Below, in pieces: positions 11,590-23,544 of a DNA stretch of 64,000 nucleotides. Under the pieces are notes generated by a model, which ran no database searches, was not told where the DNA came from, and saw only the letters and a program-made list of their open reading frames with translations. The position numbers and the translations under genes are program-made. The DNA comes from Cyanidioschyzon merolae. Taxonomy: Eukaryota. The DNA is taken from assembly GCA_000091205.1 (NCBI GenBank), contig AP006493.2. One strand, given 5' to 3'. Numbering within the stretch: the stretch's first letter is position 1; the number at the start of each line of letters is the position of its first letter.

Positions 11590-12030
11590 GAGCTAGGGTG
11601 TAAACTTTAGAAGGTCGAGATGGAGAAAAGCCAGCAAAGCGCTCCAGCAATAGAAAAGCACGGAGGACTGACAGAGCAGCAAATTGCGCAGAGGGCGCGA
11701 GTTCTAATAATACATAAAATAGTCAGTTCCACCAGAGGCGACAAACGCATGAAGTTCGTGAACCGATTCTACAACTCCACCATCAATTTCAGACAGTGTA
11801 TGGCGTTGAAGACGAGGCCCGAGGAGAAGAGGCGGTCTAACTTTGTAGGGCAGTGTCTCAGACTCGAAGTGCGTCCGGACAAACTGAAACTGGTTGTATG
11901 CGGAAGGCCAAAAAAAGACTGGGAGGCCTGTGCACCTGGGTATCAATGTACCCTATATGGTCGTGGGTTATTTTTCGTTCCATTAATCACATTTTACATA
12001 CCTCAGGCTGTACATACTCCGATCTAATCT
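11590..12030 (+). mobile_element. C-terminal fragment of the TnpB/Fanzor-like family (degenerate RuvC-III 'VNRFYNSTINFRQC')
   Basis: The peptide 'DKRMKFVNRFYNSTINFRQCMALKTRPEEKRRSNFVGQCLRLE' aligns to the copy-A C-terminus 'DKKRMEFVNRDFNAAINIRRCAVLGNRPPE'. It also aligns to the 39-kb tail 'LKTRPEELTRSNFMGQNLRL'. A terminal-repeat-like sequence, 'aaagactgggaggcctgtgcacc', follows it. Confidence 0.5.
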
Positions 12031-13874
12031 GCTTCTCCAGCTCCGTTTTCAGCAGTCGATGGATGCTGATGACCGTTTTTAAGTCCCGGTGTCGCTGCTC
12101 CAGACTATGGTCTATGCATTTGATGAGTCGGCGAAAGCTGCGATCTACGCTTCGCCTGGCACACTCATCTTCATCGTACACAGCCTCGGTTCGCCCTTTC
12201 CAGCGATGCCACTCGGCTGTGATGAGGTATTGGCGTACGCATCCGCAACGCCTCCTCCTCCGAGCGCCGCCCCGTCGCACGTGAACACTTGCTTCGTCGC
12301 CCGATCAACGCCCCCTGACGGAGAGAAAAGACTTCCTGAAGTGTCCGTCTCCGTTGGCACGCTCGATGGCTTCCGTACCACGCGCGGGCTTCCTTCAGAC
12401 GACGCCCTCGGCGACTACTTTATCCGTTGAACACGCGCAAGCACGAGCTTTTCCATTCCATAGAGGTTTTTTTGTGTCACGCAATATTTCCCATGACAGA
12501 ACACCGCAAGGAAAATCTCGGACGGAGAGCCAGGCGTGGAATTTTGGATCTGTCCGCCTTCCTTGGTACGAAGCGGTGACACACGCTTCTCGGGAAGCGA
12601 TAGCTGCGGTGGCTGAAGTCAAAGTCTACGACCCTTTCTTCCTCGCAAACGGAAGAGATGGGAGCCTCTGGGAGCATATGCCGTAGGTGGATTCACACTG
12701 CTGTCGAATGCAGTTTTGTCCGTAGCCATAGATAAGGACGATTTGTCTGGCAAACCGAATCCAGTGCGATGCGTGAGAATTTGACTGAGCTTTCGGCATG
12801 AGCTTGTAACCAAGTCGTCACTGGTCGACGTCGAGCTTTTCATGCGGAATCTCGCTACGCGAAACGCCGCGCCAACGAGTTTCTTTTGAAGCAGAACGAT
12901 TGAAAACTTGCAGAATACGTGTTTTCAACATGTTACACTTATGACAGGGAGAAGCGTGGAGGCTTGTACATATGAATCGGTTGATGACCCAGGTTTTTTA
13001 CGAGCCCTGGTTCGAAGGCGTCGCCAATCATCCTGATTCCGGTGACCTTACCAATTTCAGAAGCAAAGCGGTGATGGAGCCACTCCAAAAACACAACCGA
13101 GAACGCTAGAACAACGTACGAATTCGCAGTTTCATTGCTGGTCTACTTTGAATGTCGAAGATGAGCTTCTAAAAAAATTTGGAAAGGCAAGAATAGAGCC
13201 AGCAATTCAGCATTCGATTTTAAACTGAAGCGGGTGTAGAGCGCGCCAAGCACCTCATGGTCCGCAGGCACAGCGACAATGCTTCGCGTCATCGACTGCT
13301 TTCGAGAGTGAATCGAACTTTATGGTTCACCTGTACGGGCAAGGTTTGTGACGTGTTCCAGCCACGAACGTCTGGCACGGTGCGGCGCATGGTGCTCCAC
13401 TCCTGAACCAGCAAGCGTGCAGGAATCGTTCGCCGATGCGCGCATGACGTGCTTACTGGCTTGGCAACCAGAATTTTGTGTGCAGCATCGGGTTCATGAC
13501 AGGAATGCAGAACTGATGAATTCCGGTTCTTTTCAGGACCAAGAGATGCAAAGCAGATCGCATCGCATTCTTATTGAATGAACACGATCTATACGGCCCG
13601 TTTCCGGAAGCGGCGCCCTCCAAGACCTAGACAATTCGGTGGAGAAGGTACCCTGTACCCTATGGACGCGAATACGATATCCCCTTGACAAGCAGGCGTG
13701 ATCGATGCGGTTTTCGATGGCTCTCAATTGTGCCGAGGCGCTCCGTGGATACGGTGGCTCGTCTGGATGCGCGTCGATGGAGGACTCGTATCGTTCATAA
13801 GGGATTTGCATACCAGCCCTGGGGGACACGTTGCGTCGACCGGTCTCCTACGAGCGACCTGTCGAAGCACCCTT

Positions 13875-15074
13875 TCAAGATTTCTTGAATGCCTGGCCAT
13901 AGTCCATCTTGGGTTCGAGTTTCTTGTTCTCCGATAGTTTGCGCACGGCTTTCATAAAGTCGTCCATCACAACATAGTCACGCTCTTCCCGTATCGCAAA
14001 CATGCCAGCCTCAGTGCAGATATTCCGGAGATCTGCACCATTGAATCCATCTGCCAGACGGCAAACAGCCTCGTAATCGACGTCGCCACGAATGTTTAGC
14101 GAGCGCGCGTGAATACGCAAGATCTCAAGGCGTCCCTGTTCGTTCGGCAGTGGTACCTCTATCTTACGGTCGAGTCGTCCAGGCCGGAGCAGCGCCTCGT
14201 CGAGCACATCTGGACGGTTGGTGGCCATCACCAGCTTCACTGCCGCGAGTTCATCAAAACCGTCCATTTGCGCAAGCAGCTCCATCAGTGTACGCTGGAT
14301 TTCCCGGTCCGCAGAAGTGCCTTCACTGAAACGTTTCCCGCCAATCGCATCGATCTCGTCCATGAAAATGATGCACGGTTGATGATCCCGTGCGAATGCG
14401 AACATCTCCCGAATGACTCGCGCGGATTCCCCGATGTACTTATCGACGATGGCTGACGCGACAACCTTCAGAAAGTAGGCATCCATGTTCGAGGCGATCG
14501 CTCGAGCTAAGAGCGTCTTACCGGTACCAGGCGGGCCGTACAAAAGGACGCCTTTGGGCGGTTTGATCCCGACCCTGATGAAGAGTTCTGGGTTCGTCAG
14601 CGGTAACTCCACCGCCTCACGCAGCTCCCGAATCTGTTCACTGAGTCCGCCGATTTCCGAATAGTCTATTCGCTGCCGTGTTTCTGCATCAGCAAGCATT
14701 TTATGGACCAGAGGATCCACTTCCCGTGGAAGAATGCGCATAATCGTGAGCGTCGTCATATCGAGCGCCACCCGCGTGCCTTTCTTCAGTCGCCGTCGCG
14801 GTAAACGTGCTTTGCAGCCGACCACGTAGCGCGGCCCTGAAGACGCTTTTACGATAAACTTCTCCTCGGTGAGAGGCCGTAGTACTTCGCCCACGATCTG
14901 GCCGACGGACTGAAGTGCTCGCAGGTCTTCTTCGGTTTTCTCGAATTTCGCTCTGACCTGCCGCAGCGTTTCTCGGTGCCCGCGAATTTTCTCGGACAGT
15001 TGTTCATGCTGCTGGAACACCCGTCGGTACTCCTGAAGAGCGGCCTGTCTGCGAGGATCCTCCCCGGTCGACAT
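13875..15074 (-). CDS. RPT4: 26S proteasome regulatory subunit RPT4 (PSMC6/S10B)
   Basis: A 399-aa uninterrupted ORF that is collinear with PSMC6. Recognisable segments include '[13 protein letters not shown]', 'FIVKA', 'GPRYVVGC', '[13 protein letters not shown]' and '[13 protein letters not shown]'. The stop is TGA. Confidence 0.9.
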   Translation of the reverse strand: MSTGEDPRRQAALQEYRRVFQQHEQLSEKIRGHRETLRQVRAKFEKTEEDLRALQSVGQIVGEVLRPLTEEKFIVKASSGPRYVVGCKARLPRRRLKKGTRVALDMTTLTIMRILPREVDPLVHKMLADAETRQRIDYSEIGGLSEQIRELREAVELPLTNPELFIRVGIKPPKGVLLYGPPGTGKTLLARAIASNMDAYFLKVVASAIVDKYIGESARVIREMFAFARDHQPCIIFMDEIDAIGGKRFSEGTSADREIQRTLMELLAQMDGFDELAAVKLVMATNRPDVLDEALLRPGRLDRKIEVPLPNEQGRLEILRIHARSLNIRGDVDYEAVCRLADGFNGADLRNICTEAGMFAIREERDYVVMDDFMKAVRKLSENKKLEPKMDYGQAFKKS

Positions 15075-16592
15075 CGTCTACGCAACAGACGTCTCTGAAC
15101 AGTTCTGTGCGCTGTCAAGCGTCCGCTGAACTAAAGCGATATCGGTGCGCGGGGTGGCGAGCCTTCGATTTAGGGCGAGGCCGCGAACGCACCGGATTCA
15201 GGCAGGTGCGCTGACGGCGGGCACTCGGCACCTGGAGGATCGTATTTAGGAACCATGCTTCCCAAAGGAAAGTCTGGGTGATGGCTTCTGAACCTTGAGG
15301 GACCTGGTGTCCAATGATGCACGCTCGCGGGGATGCGCACAACCATCGTGCACCATTGGAGATCCCGTGGTTCGTGTCACCGAGACTGCGCCGAACGAAA
15401 AATCCAGCGAGGTGTTGACGTTTCCCCATGAGGTAGTGTCGAGCTGCTGACGAAATTAGCCAGCATTTTGTCCGGGATTTTATTGGCTATCGTCGGCGCA
15501 TTCAGCAAGACTCACTAGAACCGGCGATCTTCATCAATTGCCCTTGCGCCAGCGTTCAGCATTTGCGGTAGGCGATACGCGGGGTGCGTTACGGAGCGAC
15601 GGCTCCTGCTATTAGCGTCCGCGTCTCGAATGTCGCAGCATGGTCCATGGACCAACGACTCTCATCGAGCAGGGCGTGTCGTTCGTACGCGAGAGCAGAG
15701 GTCTGTCTCACAGCGACGAGGGCGCCTCAGAGCTGCCCGTGGCAATCTGCATTGCATTGGGACAGGGTAATCTTGGGAAACCTTGCAAAGTGGGAGGCAG
15801 CGTTCCTTTGGCGTCATCGAGCCTCCTACGATAGACCAGGACCATGTCAGGTGTTTGCTGTGCGGACGATCCAGGATGAGGCGCTATCTCGGGACGTGAA
15901 CCAGAGATTTCCTCGGAATCGTACCGAGTGTCACAGCACGCGCTCAGAACGTGCGAGCATCAAAAAAGCCCAAGGATATACGGCGCATATTTTCGGGAAA
16001 CACTGAATAAGTGGGTCTTCTCTCTTCGTTCAACGCGGGTTTTCGTTCCTCAAGCGTCCAGTACCAGCGCTGCAGTGAGACGCGCCACCTGGCCGTATGC
16101 TAGCGCAGCGGGAACCAAAAACATCGGATCCTCGAAACCTCGTATCAGGGATGCGTTGCACCGCCAGAGACGGGTTACACGGACGTCCCTCGCTGCAATG
16201 CCGTGGGATGCACCCCGAAGCGATGCTCGACCAGAGTCTATGCAACGCGCGACGCCTGTGGATATTACGCCCAGCTATCTATGTCTGCGCCACGGACGCG
16301 AAATGGGATCGCAGTCATATCCTAGAGACGGCGTACTGTTTGTACAGATATATACCTAAATGTACAGATCGCATCTTCTCCCCACGAGGCAGTACCCAGT
16401 TGCCGTGATTTTCGGACAGGCAACGCGCCCGCTGGGAGCACGCATCGCAGGATGTCACGGCCACGCGCATGCGCTGCGTGTGATCGGGGCACCAGCTTCG
16501 CGACGCGCGCGCGTCCATTATGCGTCCGTTGGCGTTCTTCATCGTAACCGACGTTTCTCGTGAACGTGCGCTGTGCGACCACCTACAAATAG

Positions 16593-17003
<411 letters not shown>

Positions 17004-17305
17004 GGTTTTCGGTGGTATGTGATTTACAGCGAAACTGCTGGCTTTGTGATTGTGAAGGAGAGACTTTGAGCGCTTCGAGTGGAAAGTAGTTTCCCGCGTT
17101 GCGCTCGCGGCACAGTTGTGGAAAGCGGTAAAGTTTGTTTTTCTTTCAGAGTCTATTGTCCAAACTCAGTTTTTTTTGTTCGGGCGTTCTCGGCAAGCAG
17201 TTTTATAATATTTGTTTGCCGAATAGGACGATCGTGTGCGTATATGCCCTGCGCAGCACTCGTCTCTGTCGTGGCTGAACGTCCGTCACGTCCGCAAGCT
17301 CGCAG

Positions 17306-18292
17306 CTACGCTCGCTTTTGATCGCGTCTGGAAGACGGCTTGGAAACTGACTTGCGCTCGACCCGGGAGCGCTTCGCGCAGTCAGGACGTCGTCGGGTGG
17401 GTCGCTTCGCGGGTACCAACTTTGGTGTTGGCACCGGCAATGGTGGCGGCTCGTCCACCACTAGTCGCCGGACATGCGCCGCTTCGAGGAAAGCGCAGCC
17501 GCATGGCCCCGGCGAATGATTTTTCCTTCTCATGATAAAAGGAAGCAGGGCTCCTGAGGTAGAATCCTCCTCCGGCCAGTCTACTTGCACGCATTCCTTC
17601 TCCAGAATCCGGGAACAGGTTGACCAACTGAACCGAACAATACTAGGAAAACCGAAAATCGGGTCCAGGTGCTTGCGGAGCCACCGCTGCGTCAGCGGGT
17701 CTGCGGGATAGCCAGAGCCGTACTCGCGCGAGAAACGCAGCTGTGGGTCATTCGCCTCCTCAGGGAAGGTCCATGTTCGAAGGGCCTTGTCTCGGGTGAC
17801 CTTCGCAATGATGCTAGCCGCAGCTACCACTGCGAATCGTGACTCAGCCTCGCTTTGGACAACGATACGAGGTATCTTGGGGAAGATGCGTTTAAGCCGC
17901 ATCTGGTACGCATCCGGCTCACCAACGGTGTCCACAAAAAGCCCTTCGATAAACATTCCGGAGGAAAGCGCATCCTTCACGAGCGAGATGGTGGCAGCAT
18001 AGCTGGTCTCGTTGAGGTTCACTCGTTTCCGCCCGAGCATCGTTGCGGAGAGCATTTCTGGACTCAGTATACGGGTCCTACTGTAGATCCAGTCCGCATT
18101 TTCTCCAAGGGTTTGAAAGATTCGTTCCCGGCACTGTGCCGAAAGCTTTTTGCTATCGCGTACTCCAGTAGCTTCCAGTTCCTGCAGGCGGCCCGCTTGA
18201 CACGCACAGCATGCATAGACAAGGGGACCTAGCACAGGCCCGCGACCGGCCTCATCAATACCCATAATGAAAGACTCTGACACAGGTTCCAT
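17306..18292 (-). CDS. RNASEH2A: Ribonuclease H2 catalytic subunit A
   Basis: The N-terminus reads 'GIDEAGRGPVLGPLVYACC', which carries the catalytic DE residues. 'DSKKLS' and 'VDTVG' are also present. It is a 328-aa single ORF ending with a TAG stop. Confidence 0.85.
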   Translation of the reverse strand: MEPVSESFIMGIDEAGRGPVLGPLVYACCACQAGRLQELEATGVRDSKKLSAQCRERIFQTLGENADWIYSRTRILSPEMLSATMLGRKRVNLNETSYAATISLVKDALSSGMFIEGLFVDTVGEPDAYQMRLKRIFPKIPRIVVQSEAESRFAVVAAASIIAKVTRDKALRTWTFPEEANDPQLRFSREYGSGYPADPLTQRWLRKHLDPIFGFPSIVRFSWSTCSRILEKECVQVDWPEEDSTSGALLPFIMRRKNHSPGPCGCAFLEAAHVRRLVVDEPPPLPVPTPKLVPAKRPTRRRPDCAKRSRVERKSVSKPSSRRDQKRA

Positions 18293-18627
18293 GAGCTAGT
18301 TGCCTATGACAACCTATGTGCGATTATGAACGTCGTATGCCGCCGAACTGAAAGTAAACTTGCGGGTCGACAGTGTTATTCTTGGCGCGTTCCCTCGTGG
18401 GCAGGTGCGAGCTGGACGCTCCCGCACAGCGGCGCTCTGTCACGCGTTCACCAAAGCGTCGAACTCGAGGCTGCTACGCTCTTGTTCAGCTCACCTGAGG
18501 CTCGTATTTATGAAGAGAGTGAGCGACGTGTTCGGGGTTAACACCTAGAGCAGTCAGTAACAGCTGTGCTCGCGAGTTTGTGAACGGCACGCTGGCAGCA
18601 CTAGGACAGGTAGTCTTGCAGGAGTGC

Positions 18628-18669
18628 AGCGGCAGCAGCAGCAGCAGCAGCAACCGAAGAAGAAGAAGT
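18628..18669. repeat. (CAG)n followed by (AAG)n microsatellite
   Basis: The sequence reads gcagcagcagcagcagcagcaaccgaagaagaagaag directly. Confidence 0.85.
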
Positions 18670-18896
18670 ACTGCAAGTATGGTCAAGCCTCCAGGTTGCC
18701 GCGTTCAGACTCGTCGCAGCGCTGGAACCAGAGCCCAGCGGCAGCTGTAGAGGCTCACCCCAGGTACCGTCAAACCTATAATTTGCCGCGTACAGACCAG
18801 ATGAAGAAATGCTGTTTCGGACGTGTGCACGACATGTTTACAAGGCACGTTCGAATCGATGCCACATTGCCGATATGTTTTGGAGCATTGATGCCA

Positions 18897-20330
18897 TTTG
18901 CACCCATGTCAGAACAGAATAGAATAGAACGAGTCCAGTCAGGGAACGCGGGAGAGCATATTCAAGTGGGAATCCCTTCCAATTGCTCTCAACGCGAGCC
19001 TTTGGGGGCGTTTTCGTCAACTGCTTACGTTTCCTCTCTATGATCGCTGACTTTAACGACGTCGGCTTCCGCTTTCCGTCCGACTCTGTTGTCCGCATCC
19101 GAAGGACGTTCATGGCAGCGTTCAAGTGCCCGATTTCGACGCTGCCGGCTGTTGTCTACGCATTTCGTGCACAGGCAAACGTTGCGATCTACGCGTCGCT
19201 TGCCATACTGTTCGTTTTGGTGTACAGTCTGGGTGCGGCCTCCGCGGCGGCGAAAAGTGGATATGGTCAGGTATGCCCGAAGGTCCACCACGCCTCCGTA
19301 TCCGAAGGCCGCTCTGTGGCGCGACAAACGCTTGCTTTATGACTTGGTACGAGCCCTTACGGGGTAACGGGGGCTTCCGCGTCTGCCATTCTCTGATTCC
19401 GCACCTGGTGTTGTACGCTACGTTTGCGAGCCTCTTCTGGGTCGCGATCCGAGGCGACTAGTCGGTCCGCTGCACGCGCGGGCGCGCGCTGCTGCATTTG
19501 TTGTAGGTTTAGAGATGGCGATGTTGTCCATGAGGAATCATATACCGTCAGGAAAATCTGGGCTAGAGAATCGGTCGAGAAGTCTGGATCCGCGTACGCT
19601 CACTTCATGTAGAGCCGAGAAGTACGCTACAATGGAATCCATCACTGTGATGATCGAAGACTGAACTGAAGACTCGTTACGATGGAAACGGTATAGACGG
19701 GAGCCTTTGGGAGCATATTCCCTGAGAGGTATGCTGCTGGTGGTGCTGGTGCTGGTGCTGGTGCTGGTGGTGCTGGTGCTGGTGGTTCCGAGGTCGTATT
19801 CGTCGTTGACCACACAAAAAATAAGACAGCTGGTCATTCGTGTCTGATCGATTATTGTTCGTGACAAGTCCAGTAAACTTGCGGAATGAGCTTTTGCGCA
19901 AGTCAGCGAGAGACATCGTCGAGTTCGTGCTCCTCGCGAGTCCAGCAGCGCGTATTGGTGCGCTCACGAGTTGCCCCGAAACAAAAATATCTGTATTTTG
20001 AAGCACTCATGATTTGAGCGTGCTCCAGGTAAGAAAAGGAGCAGAGTGGAATCTTGTGTGAACAAATTGATCCGCAGCATCGTAGATATGGCGAGCCCGT
20101 GTCCAACATAGTCACGAATCGTATTGATTCCGGTGGTAACGGGTCGCAGGAACCAGGCTTCCAAATCCGATCAGGAGTTCTGGAACTGCTTATGAGTCCG
20201 TGAGCACTTAGAACTGCGCATCGAACGCTGAGGGTGTAGATCTGAATGTGAGTTGGGGAGAAAAGCGGATAGCTTGGACAAAGCGCGTAGTTTCCTGTTC
20301 TTTTTTAATTTAACTCTGGTGTTGCACCGG
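18897..20330 (+). repeat. Left arm of a large inverted repeat, paired with 23545..24976
   Basis: Every ORF in this arm has a near-identical partner on the opposite strand in the right arm. The coordinate sums are constant at about 43873-43879. Examples are 19126..19461(+)=24412..24747(-) and 19964..20164(-)=23715..23915(+). Confidence 0.9.
19735..19790. repeat. (GCTGGT)n microsatellite inside the left inverted-repeat arm
   Basis: The sequence reads ctggtggtgctggtgctggtgctggtgctggtggtgctggtgctggtgg. Its partner at 24093..24139 is one 6-nt unit shorter. Confidence 0.85.
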
Positions 20331-21036
20331 GCGCCAGACCCGAGAGCCGCGCTCTCGAATAATGCGGACCCTGGAAGCCACTTAGGTTACTCATCGAACT
20401 AGGAATGCATCAACCAATCAGAAAGCAGCATCGGTGATCATGCATTCGGAAGCGTCGGCAGCTTACTACCCAGGCGTTCTCACTGAAATACCTCACATAC
20501 TCAATCAATACCGAATGGGATACACCGAGGGCCAGAAGCGGGAAAAAGATAAGAGCTTCGCGAGCGCTGCTTGTTGCTCGCAACCGCTGCTTGTCTGGAC
20601 GCATTGAAAATGACTGAAGGCCGGCTCTGTCTCTAAATCTCCGCCCACAACCCGCGATCCATGCAACACTCAGGCACGAGATATCGCCTTCCGGTACACT
20701 GCAGGGGCCCACATCCGCAACACAGAAAACTCCTTTTCATCGTTACGGTCGGTTGGTGTGTAGCATTTCCGTTGACTCGCTCACATCAGTCTGCGTTCAC
20801 GAATTGAAACTCTGGCCGCAGCGAATGGCCAGGACCGCCACACCTCACCAGTCTGGTCTCGTTGGAAAGCCTCCAAAGCATCCCTCTGCTCCTATTACGC
20901 GCCTCGTATCCGTGTGGTATCGCCGGCCAGTGCACTCTGTATCCGGAAAGGTCCCGGCGAACGGCATCGACACCCGTGTCGCAAAAGCGCCTTGAACGCA
21001 CACAAACACACGCGCACATAGATCATTGCGCAACGT

Positions 21037-21852
21037 TTGCTTCTAAAGCGTGCCGTCTGTTGCGGCTGTGCGACTTCGAGCTGGGCGGTGCCCGGACTAG
21101 GTCCAATGAGCAACGCTTTCGTAACCGGGCTGGAATCATGCAAGCTTAGGCAAAGTGTTCGCTTCGAAATTGAAAACGGTGCGAACGCGGAACCGCACGC
21201 TTCGCTGGACAGGTGGCGGCGTTCACCAGCTCTGGTGCGGAGGCGTACTCGTTCTCTGCGGTTGCCGCTTTGGCAACTGCGTAGGCAATCCGGCTGCATT
21301 CGAATTCGACTTCTGTGTGCAAACTCAGAACCCAGTTCGACTGGGCGACCACGAGTGACACCGTACCCATCACAGCGGGCTATTTTCTCGAACGATAAGA
21401 AAGCGTTCACGCCGGCGGAGCTCAACGACTTATTCGTACGATGCAACGAGCCGCCACGCGATGAACGTAAAATTTTACGTTGCTTGAAATACTCTTTCTC
21501 GGTAGTTTCCGCTCGTCTGCTTGGGAAAGATCAGCGCCTTGTTGCATTTGTGCGCAGTATTTCCGATGGTGTTATGAACGCGACTCTTTGGGACGTGCTG
21601 GTGGACCCGAATCTGCCCAACCCGGCCGTCATGCGTCGGAATATCATTCGAAGGATGCTGGACGACCTCAGTAGGGATATTCCATTATGCTCAGTGGCCA
21701 TGATTGCTCCGGAAGATCTCGTAATATTCTACGAAAAAGAGTGCGGTTTCGTGGCCGAGCCAAACGGTATCCGTGCGATGCGGCTGGTTCGTTGGCCGGA
21801 AAATCTCGATGAACTTGACCCTATAGAGACCGAAGACGGTGGCCAGATATAG
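21037..21852 (+). CDS. GNAT-family acetyltransferase resembling plastid NSI/SNAT-type enzymes. The start is uncertain.
   Basis: The C-terminal half, 'LVAFVRSISDGVMNATLWDVLVDP...IAPEDLVIFYEKECGFVAEPNGIRAMRLVRWP', is collinear with plant NSI ('[24 protein letters not shown]...[20 protein letters not shown]'). The N-terminal approximately 130 aa are arginine/serine-rich. Confidence 0.55.
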   Translation: MLLKRAVCCGCATSSWAVPGLGPMSNAFVTGLESCKLRQSVRFEIENGANAEPHASLDRWRRSPALVRRRTRSLRLPLWQLRRQSGCIRIRLLCANSEPSSTGRPRVTPYPSQRAIFSNDKKAFTPAELNDLFVRCNEPPRDERKILRCLKYSFSVVSARLLGKDQRLVAFVRSISDGVMNATLWDVLVDPNLPNPAVMRRNIIRRMLDDLSRDIPLCSVAMIAPEDLVIFYEKECGFVAEPNGIRAMRLVRWPENLDELDPIETEDGGQI

Positions 21853-23544
21853 GGCAGTGAGGCGGCGACTCGGAAACCGGCAAGTCGACCAGGATGAACA
21901 CGACTATGAGCCGGGACGCGAATCGGTGCTGTGCACCGCGAAATCGATTTCGTAGCGATCCTGTTTAAGCTTTGCTTGCCCACAGCACGAACGCTACGTT
22001 GTGACTTCGAAGCTGCGTCAGCGTTAGAGGATACGCAGGAATCGGTGACACTGCTACAATTCTGGTGCAGCGTTCGCCATGCGGGTCCCGATTCCGAGAA
22101 CGAGGTACTGTTCTGCGCACGGCACGCTCCTCTTTGAATGCAGCAAATTTTTCGCGGACGCAGGATCCGATAGTCTATCTGAAACGTCCCCGGGTGCGTG
22201 AGTGCCACCAGTAACCAGACGAAGGTTTTCAGCGGCTCAGGAGATGCACACGCTTTTCACAGATTCCCGGGTCATGCTCTCCGTCGGGAGTAGAGGTTCG
22301 ACCCATACAGCGACGATCCGAAACGGAGCGTATCGTGGTCGCTTACAGTAAAGCGGGATTCGGCGTCGCTGTGTTCGGCCAACAAAGACAGATTGGCTCT
22401 CGGTCGATTTAATGGTTGTCGAGTCAAGGTGCAGGTACAACAATGGTTTTCGAGAAGAGCGCGTTTGTCGGATTATAGCAAGTTACGCGACGAATCCGGT
22501 GACGCTGCTGATGCCTCTCGACGTACACACTGCCGACAAAAAACCGCCTGATGACCTCTGCTGCAGAGTCACACGACGACCCAATCTTTTATGCTTTCGA
22601 AGCAAACGTACCCAACTGGGAGGGTTGCGCGTCGTCTTCGGCTTCCAGATCCGGAACACTCGTGCTCTGGGTTGCTTGACGCTGCTCGTTGCACGAACCG
22701 GTCACGAGTATCTAGGAGGAATGTTTGTCGGAGGTCGCATACTACATTGATCAGTTTGGAGACGTGACTATTTCCAAATATGCGAATTGACACTAAGCAC
22801 ACAGAGGCGCTAAATCGTTTCTTGTGGCGAGTTTGCCTGCTCCTGGACGACTACAGCAAGAGAAGTCTGCTGTGGTGCCTCTCGGGTCCGTTCACGAACG
22901 GTTCTAGACTTTACCGTTCAGATGCTCATTTTCCATTTTCATCACGCAACCAGCGCGCTGTATTAGTCGTACAGTATATTCAAATTACGCATGGCATTCC
23001 ATGAATTGATAAGAGGCAGCCCTGAGTTGCTGTTGGCATATGTTTGGGACAAACGCCTGATGCAGCAATGGGAGACCATTCTCGCGCGGGTGCACCAGGC
23101 GCCATGCGTTGGAGCTCGCAGACGCCGCGCTATGAACTACCCAGCTCACCGGATACGCGCCTCATGCGGATTTTTGCGTCAATGGCCAGCTATCCAAGTC
23201 ACCGGGAATACGACGTGCTCCGCAAGGTAGGCTCGAACAGCGCGGGCCCGTACCGTACTCCACGTACGACGCACGATGGGTTTTTGACGTCCGCGTTTAC
23301 AATGCTGCTCACCATCTTTCGAATCGAAAGGTTAAGGAGCGCATAGTGCTGGGCAAGTGCACGTGGAATCGTTTTTTCTGCTACAGGATCGTTTACAGCA
23401 CCAACGCATCCGCGACTGCGTCGTTGCTAGTTGCGTGAGGGAGAGTGCCGACTCTTCTGTTGGAGTACAGGATTGTTTACTCCAATCAGGCTTTATCGAT
23501 TGCACGATAAAGCAGGCGCCTGCTGCTTGCATCCTGTGGCACAA

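Noticed and set aside
18624-19043. ORF starting with a poly-Gln/Lys run (MQRQQQQQQQPKKKK...)
   Set aside because: The run is simply the translation of the (CAG)n(AAG)n microsatellite next to the inverted-repeat boundary. The remaining sequence has no conservation.
19126-19461. Inverted-repeat arm ORFs (for example the 111-aa and 119-aa ORFs duplicated in both arms) as real genes
   Set aside because: They are duplicated only because the arms are near-identical. They overlap one another in several frames and have no recognisable domains.
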